Origin: Piromyces finnis finn
Taxonomy: Eukaryota > Fungi > Neocallimastigomycota
Length of the DNA: 64,000 bases
Direction of reading: 5' to 3'
Assembly (NCBI GenBank): GCA_002104945.1
Contig: MCFH01000007.1
Location: 992,001-1,056,000 of the forward strand
Below, one piece after another: positions 30,197-41,256 of the stretch (positions are counted from its first letter, which is position 1; every line of letters starts with the position of its first letter). Both the position numbers and the translations under genes were made by a program. Below the pieces are notes generated by a model, which was given only the letters and a program-made list of their open reading frames with translations, was not told the origin of the DNA and did no database searches.

Positions 30197-30958
30197 TTTA
30201 TGAACTTTTTCTATATCAATTTTCTATCCTTAATCAATATGTTTAAAACCTGCATAATACTTTCTAAAACAAAGATTAAATAAAATTTAAATTTTTTTTT
30301 TTTTTTTTTGATTTTATTAGTTATTTAGGTTCAATTATTTTTGATAATTTAAAAGAATTATCCAGTAATTTAATGTATTGATGAATAATATGTTTTAAAT
30401 TAAGTTATTTTAAATTACAATAATCTGAATTTTTATTATTTATCTAAAGGATTAATTCTATAAAGAAAAGTGTAAAAGAAAATATAAAATTGTTTTAAAA
30501 CAAAATGGTTTTATAAACTATAATTCTACTATTATTATTTTAAAAAAGGGCAATTGGATTAGAAGAAATAGTGATTCTATATAATTGGTATTATGAATAC
30601 AAAAAAAAAAAAAAAAACATTTATTTATTTTAATATCAATATCATTTTGAAATAAAAAATTTTAATCCACAAAAGTATTAAATAAATAGATTAACATTCA
30701 AAAAAAAAGAAAGTATCTTTATTAAAAAATTTTGAGCTTAGTCAAAAAAGGTTTTTATAAAATAATAGATAACTAATAGAAAAAATATAAGAAAGAATAC
30801 TTATTTTAGTGAAATTTTTTGGAATCGAATTAACGATATAAGAACAAATAAAAGTTAATTAGAATAATAAAAATAAAAATAAAAAACAATATTATATAAA
30901 AGTATAATAAACAACTATTACTTATTTATTAAATATTTATATTTATATATTCATTTAC

Positions 30959-31025
<67 letters not shown>

Positions 31026-32100
31026 TTGTTCATATTTTTATTATTGAATTCATTGGCTCCTCTTTTTATAATAACGGGATTTTAAAAATTATCCAAATTA
31101 ATAAATATTATTATTATTATTATTACTTTTGATAAATTGAAATATTATTGTATTGATATTGATTTATTTAAAAACAATATTAATTTTATGTAGGAATTAT
31201 ATAATCATGTTTTACTTTTTTCTTCATTAATATTTTTTATTCAACTATTCTATTGATCCACATTTTCCATAGCTATAATTTACTATAAATATAATATTAT
31301 TTGCTTGCATAAATCTGCTTTAACATCCAATTTATCCACCAAATAAAACTATTTCCAAAACAAAAAAGAATTATTAATTACCAAGAAATAGATTTTATTA
31401 TTAAATAAAGTTTTATTTCTGATAAAGATAACATCATACATTATAATAATAATTTTAATATATTATATTATATAAAATAATATTAAAGATATAATCAATT
31501 AATTTCAATAATTATAATAATAAAGTTTGCAAACAATAATAAATTCAAAGTTTCTCCACATTATAAATTATTTAATATTGAAAATATATTACCAATATAA
31601 TTTAATATCTCCCACTATTAATTACTATGTTTATCTTAATGTATACAAAGGAACGTATGTTTACATTCATACATTTACATTAGAATATTTATATTTTAAA
31701 ATTTATCAATATTAATTGTTTAATTATCATTTTTTATATTATTCAAATTTATAAAATTTAAACAAATATTACGGTTTTTACTTTTTCATGTATTAAATTT
31801 AAATTCGTTTTTAAAAAAAATGGAATTTGAAAATTAAAAAGATTTAATAAATATGCATTTTTTTATCCAATTACTTTTCTATTAATTTTATTGATGTTGG
31901 TGTTGGTGTTGGTGTTGTTGTTGATGTTATATGTATAATCAGAATAAGTTCCAAAATATGGTATATAAAATTTTAATATAATATATACTTTTTTTTTTCA
32001 ATAAGCTGTAAAAAATGAAGTATTTATTGTTATAAAATTATACAATTAACGATTTTTTAATTTATAAAATCAAATAAAATATTTTATTAATTACATTTTT

Positions 32101-32787
32101 TTATTTCTTTTCTTTTTCTTCCTGTTCTCTTTGTTCTTCTTTTAAAAATTCAATAACATCATTTTGTTCAGTCTGAGTTAATTGTTGGAGATCTTTTTTA
32201 ATAATGGTTTTATTACCAGAAGAATTACATTGTTGTCTCTTGAAATAATCTTCAATAGTACCAAATTTATTCAGAGAATCATACCAACCAAGATGATCAG
32301 CAATTAAATGTAAATTTTTACATTTATCACAACGAATAATGACAACACCTTCATAATAAGATTTTTTTGATATTAGTTTATAGGAACGATTATTACATTT
32401 TTTACATGTAAAGCCAATTAAAAATTTTTCTGTATCGATTTTTACTTTATTTTGTTCAATATTAGATTTATTATCTAAAGAATAATTAGTTTTCGAAAAA
32501 CATTGGACAGATTGATAATTCCAATTTTTATGTTGATTAAATAAAGTATTGCTTAATGAATTAACAATATTTAGTTCTTGATGAGTAAAATTTGATAATT
32601 TAAAAGTATAATTGTTCGGGTATAAATTAGTATTTAAAGATAAATTTCTTGAAATTGGTTTTAATCCAGAAATGCAATGGAAATTTAAATTTTGAAATGA
32701 ATTTCTAACATCTTTTACAAAATGTTTATTTAATGAAGAATTATTCAAAAATCCCTTTTTAATTGAATTACAAGTTATGGTTTGCAT
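32101..32787 (-). CDS. ZIM17: Zim17/Tim15/Hep1 zf-DNL chaperone of organellar Hsp70
   Basis: FTCKKCNNRSYKLISKKSYYEGVVIIRCDKCKNLHLIADHLGW is a DNL zinc finger. The long basic, hydroxylated N-terminus resembles a presequence. Confidence 0.92.
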   Translation of the reverse strand: MQTITCNSIKKGFLNNSSLNKHFVKDVRNSFQNLNFHCISGLKPISRNLSLNTNLYPNNYTFKLSNFTHQELNIVNSLSNTLFNQHKNWNYQSVQCFSKTNYSLDNKSNIEQNKVKIDTEKFLIGFTCKKCNNRSYKLISKKSYYEGVVIIRCDKCKNLHLIADHLGWYDSLNKFGTIEDYFKRQQCNSSGNKTIIKKDLQQLTQTEQNDVIEFLKEEQREQEEKEKK

Positions 32788-33740
32788 TTTATTAAATTAT
32801 TTGTATACTATATATATTGAAAATACTTAATATTATAAAGATTTCTATATATTTTTTTATTTTTTATTTTTTTATTCTTATTATTCTTCTTATTATTATT
32901 ATGCTTCTTTAAAAAGGAAAAAATATTTATGTTTGTTTTTTCACCTTTTTTTAAAATCGAAAATCTAATCCTTTATCATATAGTGTTAGAAGGGTTAGGA
33001 TTTATTATAAAAAATTAAATTGTTTTTTTTTTCTTATTATTATTATTCTTATTATTAATTAATAATAATGATATCTTTAAAACTTTAGTGGTTTGATTAA
33101 AAAAATGGTTTTATTTATTTTTGCTTACATAGCAAAATTTTATAAAGAAACATTAAGTAAATATTTCAATATTATCTTTCTCTTATAACTTTTATAAAAT
33201 AATTCTTAAATTGTCAATTTACAAATTTATTTATAATTTTTAATTAAAATTTTACACTTTATTACAATTTGCTTAAATAGATGAAAACATATAAAAATAA
33301 ACAATAGAATATTATTTATTGTCATAATAAAATTATGAAATATCAACTCTTATTTTTATGACAATCGATAAAGAAGATAATTTACAGAAATATAAATATA
33401 ATAAATAAAATGCACTCTAAAATGGATAATATTTTATATTTATGATTTATTTAGAAAACGTATAAACCAAGAAAAATTTTTAAATTTTATGAAATAATAA
33501 TATAGAAAAATCAAAGATTAATTTTAATAATATTTAATTCTAGTTATAAATAAATTTTATTTCTTTTAATTATTATTATTAAATCTGTATTATTTTGCTT
33601 ATAATTCTTTTTATGTTGTAATAAACTACCTAAAAACATTGCCTTATTTTTTTTTTTTGATTATTGAATTTTTTTTTTTTGAATAATCGGACAAAATCGG
33701 AATCTTCTATATATACATATAAATATTTAAACCAACTGCG

Positions 33741-33741
<1 letters not shown>

Positions 33742-33793
<52 letters not shown>

Positions 33794-34325
33794 TTCCGAG
33801 TGCATTTCTCCCATCGATCAGAGTTAGCTCCAATGGTGGTTCTTAGAGAAACGTTGGCTCATTCCTATTGCTAGGTGGTTGTGACCCTCCTGGTCTGTCA
33901 TACTGTTTCTTCAGCTTCGACGCTCACTTAATCCATGTACATTAGATGCATGTCGTTGTACGATATTTCACAACTACAATGCTAAGCCTCTTATAGTCAA
34001 TTTGATCACGTGTCAACCGCCCCCTAATGTTTACACTTAAATTGATTAAGGAATATTATGTGTTTTTGGCATAGCCTAAGTCACCACTTATTAAGTTCTA
34101 ATTTGGAATGTACCATGTACACTAGACCCTCTCAGGCCGGCTAGACGAGTGTTATTATCATAGTAGTAAATTAGAAAGTTCATTTATACTTACCTGAATA
34201 TCATAACCCAACCCATGGCAAACCCAGTGGGAAAATCCACAGGCACTGACATCTGCGGGGTCGAACCAGAAGCCTTATGTATGCTAAGGAAACGCCTTAA
34301 CAACCAGGATAAAAACTGGAACGAC
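33742..34325 (-). mobile_element. SINE-like retroposon B (tRNA-like head, LINE-derived tail, 49-nt poly(A))
   Basis: TSD ACCAACTGCGC(TT) at 33731-33741 and 34326-34338. 49-T run at 33742-33790. B-box-like GGTTCGACCCC at 34267-34257. Head shared with element A. 33885-33925 is 36/41 identical to LINE 40221-40261. No ORF. Confidence 0.92.
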
Positions 34326-34755
34326 ACCAACTGCGCTTATTCTTAAAAAAGATGGCAATATTTCATTTAAAGTAAAAATATTTATTAAAAATTTCTTAAA
34401 AAATAGAATATTTAATAAATATTGCTACAAGTTATATACATATGTATAAAATATTTCTTTATTAATGTTTTTTTATTTTTTTTTATAAATTATTTTCTAA
34501 CCCTCACAACTATTAAAATAAGTATTATAAATTTCTTATTTATAGTAAATGAATGTATTACCAAATGAATGTATTACCACACCACTTTAAATCTATATTT
34601 TTTGAAAAATTCTTTAATATTTAATTGATTTTAATATATTATAAATAATAATGGTATTGATAAATTATGAAATATAACAAAATATAATATATATCGATAT
34701 TTTATTTTATAAATGCTAATAGTTATATTTACTTTTTTCAATAAAATAGAAACAT

Positions 34756-34812
<57 letters not shown>

Positions 34813-35751
34813 GAAGAAGAAGAAGTAGCTTTTATTTTAAGAATTTGATTTTACATAATAAGTTATGTATATTAAATTTTTAGTGAATTAATTTTTATCC
34901 TCATTTATTATATATGAAATTATTATATATAATTTTTTTATCTTTTTTTTTTAACGAAATGTTTATATATAATATATATATAATATATTACAGTACAATT
35001 AATTTAATTCTTATTATATATAATTAAATTTCGCATTTCGTTTTTTCGTTTATATTGCCTTATAATCTGAAGATGAGGGGTATTTATAAAAAAAATTAAT
35101 GTACAATACTACAACATAAAAGCATAATTTTTTTTTATAAATTCTGTATAAAAGAATAATTTTTTTTCTTTTATACTTTTTTTTTTTTTTTAAAAAAATT
35201 ACTTTTTTTTTTTTATTATAGAATAATAAAATTAAAAATTTATTTTGTAATAATTTATTTAATAATAGTAATAAGAATAAAAAAAAGTAACTTAGTTATA
35301 TTTGCTTTAATTAAAAATAAATTAAAAATAAAAATAAAAAATAGGAAATAAAATAATCCATTTTTTTTAATATAATATCCTTATATATTATCATTCTCTA
35401 ATATAAAAAATAATTAATACTTAGAATATTTAAAATAAAAACAACATATAGGTATTTATAGTTTTTATATTATAAGTTGTTTTATAAGTTATATATATAT
35501 AATATTTGGCAGTATTTTTTAAGAAAAAATTTAATATTTCTTGTATAAAAGAAATAAAAGCAATTTATTTAATTAAATATTTTTAGCATTTATGATATTA
35601 ATCTAATTTATATTATTTTATTTTATTACATCATTATAACAATTATAAATAAAACAAATTTTATATAACTGTACGATGTGCAAATATATATATTTATAAA
35701 AATAATAATTTAATCAAATTTGATTAAACAACAAAAAAAAAAAAAAAAGAA

Positions 35752-37701
35752 ATGTTGCCTGTTGTTAAGAATTTAGTTTCTGGTGCTATTAGAGCACCTC
35801 AAACTAAGAATTTACTTAGTAATTCTATAAATTTATTATCCAAGAGATTTTATGTTTGGAGTATCGAAAGAGAACGTAACTATTATATTTATATTTTATT
35901 ATTATTATTATTATTAAAAAAAAAAGATATTAGAATAAGGAATTATTTTTATTTTTGCATATATAAAATTAAGTAGAATATAGAAGATTGATTTTTTATA
36001 GTGTTTATATTAAGTGTTTATATAATTGATTTATGTAGTATTAATATATATAAAATAAGAATTAAGCGATTACATAATTGCAATAATAACAATTATTATT
36101 ATAATAATAAATTATTTCGATTAAATAAAATTAAATAAGATGAAATAAAATTTTATTATAAATAAAATATTTATTTATTTTTTTATGTATTTTTTTATTC
36201 AGCAAATCATAAATTCAAAAAAGCTAGTGAAATTATTCGTGAAAAAGAAATTTTTGAAGCTTTAGAAAAAACTAAAGAAGACTCTAAGAATCCAGAGGTT
36301 ATTAAGAGCATTTTAAAAAAAGCAAAGGATAAGGCTTTATTAAAGAATGTTGTTGGTGGTTCAGAATATGTTCAAGGTTTAACTATTGAAGAAACAGCCA
36401 CTTTATTAAATATGGACTCCACAAATAAAGAATTAACTAGTTTATTATTTAAGACAGCTTTCGATATTAAGGAACGTATCTATGGTAATAGAATTGTTCT
36501 ATTTGCTCCACTCTATATTTCTAATTATTGTGTTAATTCATGCACTTATTGTTCTTTCAGAGTTCAAAATACTCACGGTACTCGTGCTTTACTTGAAAAG
36601 GAAGACATTGAAAGAGAAGTAGTCACTTTACAAAGACAAGGTCACAAGAGATTATTAGTTTTAACTGGTGAACATCCAAAATACCCATTTGAAAAATTCC
36701 TTGATGCTCTTAAAGTAATTAGTGAAGTTAGAACTCCACCATGTGGTGAAATTCGCCGTATTAATGTTGAAATTCCAATGCTTTCTGTTTCCGATTTCCG
36801 TAGATTAAAGAATACTAATGTTATTGGTACCTATACTCTTTTCCAAGAAACATATCACAGAGAAACTTTCAAAAGAGTTCATCCACAAGGTCCAAAATCT
36901 AACTATGAACGTCGTGTTTTAACTTTTGATCGTGCTCAAACAGCTGGTATTGATGATGTTGGTCTCGGTGTTTTATTCGGTTTATATGATTATAAGTTTG
37001 AAGTTTTAGCTCTTCTTCAACATGCTCAACATCTTGATCAAACTTATCATGCTGGACCACACACTATTTCTATTCCAAGAATTCAACCAGCTGCTAATGC
37101 CCCAGATGCCATTAAAACTCCATTCCCAGTTAATGATGATGATTTCAGAAAGTTAGTTGCTATTTTACGTTGTGCTGTCCCATATACTGGTATGATTTTA
37201 TCTACTAGGGAAACTACTGAAATGAGAAACCAACTCTTAAATATGGGTATTAGTCAAATGAGTGCTGGTTCTAGAACTGATGTTGGTGCTTACCATCGTG
37301 ATACCTCCAAAAAGGCTGATGAATTACTTCACCAAAACACCGAATATAATTCCAGTAGTCAATTTACCTTAAACGATCCAAGAAATACTGATCAAGTTAT
37401 TAGTGATTTGATTAAGAGTGGTTACGTTCCATCATTCTGTACTGCTTGTTACCGTGAAGGTAGAACTGGTGAAGCTTTCATGAACATTGCTAAGAAGGGT
37501 GATATTCATAACTTCTGTCATCCAAATTCTTTACTTACTCTTCAAGAATACCTTACTGATTATGCCTCTGAAGAAACAAGAAAAATTGGTGAAGAATTAA
37601 TTAAGAAGGAAGAAAAGCGTATCCCATCCAAGATTCGTCTTGCTGCTTTAAAGAAAAAGCAAAAGAGACTTGCTGCTGGTGAAAGAGATTTATATTTCTA
37701 A
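35752..37701 (+). CDS. hydG: [FeFe]-hydrogenase maturation radical-SAM protein HydG with organellar presequence; join(35752..35875,36203..37701), 540 aa
   Basis: CVNSCTYC (CX3CX2C), YTLFQETYH, DDVGLGVLFGLY, GPHTISIPRIQPA, C-terminal CTAC-x22-C. A phase-1 GT-AG intron joins exon 1 in frame. The N-terminus MLPVVKNL...LLSKRF-Y is presequence-like. Confidence 0.97.
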
Positions 37702-38656
37702 GCTCAAAAATGGCATACATCATCCTTCCCTTTATTATCTTATATATATAATTTTTTTAAAAAAATTAAGTTATTTATATAGTTAAAAACAATAACAATA
37801 ACAACAAAACGAAACAATATTTTACAATATATTGTATTATACCTAATAATAAAAAATATATTTCTGTATATTTTTATATTTTATAGTAGAAGAATTCTTA
37901 ATATTTTAAATAATGTTTGAATAAAAATTTATAGATGATTAAAAAATTATAATAAAATTAAATTAAATAAAAATAAATAACAATAACAATAATAATAACA
38001 ACAACAACAACAACAATAGTAATAATGATAATAATAATGATGAAAATGAACAAAATAGCTTTTCTTTTTCTTTTTTTTTTTTTTTTCTTTTCATATGAGA
38101 AAATGATTTAAATTAATTCTAGATATTTTTTTTTTTAAAAAAGTTTTATAGAAAACAATCTAGTTAAAAAAAAAAAAAAAAATCACAAGATCATCAATAT
38201 AAAGTAAATTAATTAAAAAAAATTTAAGAATTGTGAAATGATTTATATTTTAAAATATAAATATATATAAATTTTCTTTTATGCCTATAAAAAAGCAAAT
38301 AAAATATATATTTCAACATTTTTTAAATTAAAGTATATAAATATATTTTATAAAAATTTCGAAAAGTCATTATTAAATATATACATTTTATTAGTTACAT
38401 TGTATTCAAAAGATAATAAATATTAATTATATGATTATTTGAAATCTATTAAAGTAAAAATAGCTACAAGTAAAAGTGACATCACTTTTTATCTTCATTA
38501 ATCATTTTAACCAAAATATGGAATAACGCATCAATCATACTTTTACCTATAATTATTTATAATATAAAAATTAGTGTTAGTATCTTTTATAAAAATACAT
38601 TGGGTTATTTTTTATAATCATAATATATATATTAATATATTTATTTCTCCACTTCT

Positions 38657-39740
38657 TTATTTTTTAATATTTATAAGCAAATTACCTTGAATTGATGATT
38701 TATAGGTAGAACCATTTAAAAATTTTGAATCTGGTTGAATTAAATCACTATCAATTAAATGATCACATTCATAGGATACGATTGAATGAATAACACTTTG
38801 ATTATCTTGATTTTCACATATTGTTTTTAAGCTACGTAATTCTTCGATAGTTGAATTGAACCAATTAATGGTACTTTCAAAATTTGGATTTTCAACATTG
38901 AATTTCTTTAGAATTTGTGGGTCATAAAGATTAGCTTCACTTTTGAATTTAGTATATTCTTTAATTAAATAGTCTGGCATAGTAATTTCACTTAAACCTA
39001 AAATAAGAAGATCGTATGACTTATCTTTGATAATATCGAAATTAGTACATCTTTTCTTTTCTTTATCATATTCACATTTCCAATCAAGTTTTTTAATTTG
39101 GGAAAAATCAATGGCTCTTTCATCAAGAGCCTTTTGGAAATCGGATTCAGAATAAGTAATACTATCTTGATGATTCTTAACACCCCAAAGGTAGGATTGT
39201 GAACTCCATTCGACAGTAGAGCTAATGGCACTTTGATTTAGATTCCAACGGAATGGACCAACTTCATAGTTAGAACTTGTATTAAATTTGAGGGATTCCA
39301 TAGGATAAGCACCATATTCAAATATATCATAGTTGATTAAAAATGCGGGATGATTAATACCAATAATTTCAACAACATCAATTTTATTAATAATATTATC
39401 ATTATTAATTAAATAATCTTTAATTTGGTCCATAATTCTGTTATTGTAGAGTGAGTTGGTTAATACTCTTCTTCCTAGGATTTCCCCATTTTTATTATAT
39501 AAACTTAAGTAACTTATTGTTCTTTGACCAATTGTATAGTAATAATCTTCTTCATCTTCTTCATATCTTTTATGAATGTTAGGCTTGGTTTTAACTAATG
39601 AAGATAAAAAGAGTGTAAGACCAAGACCTTTGAAACTATGACAATATTTTTAATAATAATAAATATATATTTAAAAAAGTTTTTTTATATTAAAATTACT
39701 ATAATAAATTTATATACCTAAACAATTTTTTAAGCAACAT
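38657..39740 (-). CDS. Predicted secreted protein of unknown function; join(complement(39718..39740),complement(38657..39635)), 333 aa
   Basis: The ORF-track frame stays open upstream to an AG acceptor at 39636. A phase-2 intron to a 23-nt ATG exon gives MLLKKLFSFKGLGLTLFLSSLVKTKPNIHKR (signal-like stretch plus KR site). No family recognised. Confidence 0.7.
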
Positions 39741-39930
39741 TTTATTATACTTCTTTATCTTTATTATTTTCTTATTCACAACTTAATTGAAAAACATGTT
39801 ATTAGTTTTATGCCTATAAAAAATATTATATTTTAAATGTTTTTAACTCATTTTCAATCCTCTTTAAAAAACTTTAATAAAAAATAAAAATTTTTAAAAA
39901 ATATTTTTTCTTCTCTATAATATATTTAAA

Positions 39931-40615
39931 TTTTTTTTTTTTTTTTTTTAACGGCATCAAATATTTTAAACTTTATTATTAATTTAATTAAAATTATAAT
40001 ACATGTAATTAAAAATTAAATATAAAAAAAAAAAAAATATGTTTAAATAAACACAAATGAATAAAAATTGGGTATAATGTATTCTAGTAATTTTAATTAA
40101 AGTAAGAAAGCCACTATCATACTAAAGTATAATAATTGTATTTGACTTCCAATGAGACACCGAGCCAAAAATCAAAATTTTGTCATGGAACAAAATTATG
40201 ATCTCCATTGGTTACGCTGGCCCTCCTGGCCTGTCTTACTGTTTCTTCAGTATTGACGCTCTTGGATGTTGCTTCAAACCTTTTGAACATTGACCATTGC
40301 TGGCCAATAGCAAAAGGCATGATTTTGGTTAGAAGTTCCGCGGTTACCGTCAAGAATGGTGTTCCTTCGTTAGTACCAGATTGAATCTGACGCTTACAAA
40401 GTTCTTTCCATTCCCTTGAATTGTAATTAATATTGTTAAAACTTCTTCCCCCGAGAAGGAATTTAAATATTTTACTGCACACACTAGAATAATCATACAC
40501 ATTAATATTCACCGGATTATTAGAACTATTACTATCATCAACTAAATTACTATCTAAATTAGAATTATTATCATCACTATTGCTATCATTACTAATATTA
40601 TTATTTCTATTACTA
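39931..40615 (-). mobile_element. 5'-truncated LINE 3' fragment (ORF2 C-terminus plus 3' region)
   Basis: 16-bp TSD CTATAATATATTTAAA at 39915-39930 and 40616-40631; 19-nt poly(A) at 39931-39949. The ORF ending at 40183 (KIFKFLLGG...AELLTKIMP...MFKRF..KSVN) aligns by eye with the LINE ORF at 25707 (YIFTFLLGE...AAFLTKTIP...LFDRF..KSVD). Confidence 0.82.
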
Positions 40616-41256
40616 CTATAATATATTTAAAATCTATTTCACTAATAATAGCATTATTTTAAAAAATATTAATAAAAATAAAAGTAATGATAATATATTT
40701 TATAATAAATACTATAAGTATCATTTAATAACCTTTAAAATATATAAATCTTTAAATATTTCCGTCCTTTTTAAAACTACTATTTTAAATAATTATCACA
40801 TCTAATTCTAAATTCTAAAACATATTTTCTTAATAAATTCTTTTTATTGTAACTTCCCATTCTAATTTCTAAAACATATTTTTCTCAATAAATTCTTTTT
40901 TATTACAATTTCTCAAATTCTATTTTATTTTTTATTATTCCATATTTTCTAAATACTACACACATATATTACCAACAACTTCTCTATTTACTTTTTAACA
41001 TCCTTAATTTTTAAAAACTTATATACATCTATATTATACTTTCCAAGTTACCTATATTTATTCATTATTTCCAAAATTTAATAAAATATAACCCGTATTT
41101 TTATTTAATACCAATTTATTGTACTTAATTTAACTTCTTGATGTTAAGAATTATTGAACACTTTAATAAATCAACGAAAGATAAATAACAATTATTTTAT
41201 GTGTTTTTTATTAGATTTATATATTCTGATAAATACAATATATCTGATCACATAAC

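Noticed and set aside
33895-33920. CTGAAGA followed by GAAA-like sequence as a hammerhead ribozyme core
   Set aside because: No stem II-GAAA-stem III arrangement could be built; the motif is the loop of hairpin 1.
34126-34143. TAGCCGGCCTGAGAGGGT (minus strand) resembles a bacterial 16S rRNA segment
   Set aside because: Only 18 nt; flanks do not continue into 16S sequence, and it lies inside SINE B. Probably coincidental.
34186-34196. ATACTTACCTG on the plus strand equals the U1 snRNA 5' end
   Set aside because: No U1 stem-loop I/II loops or Sm site follow; better read as a splice donor on the minus strand.
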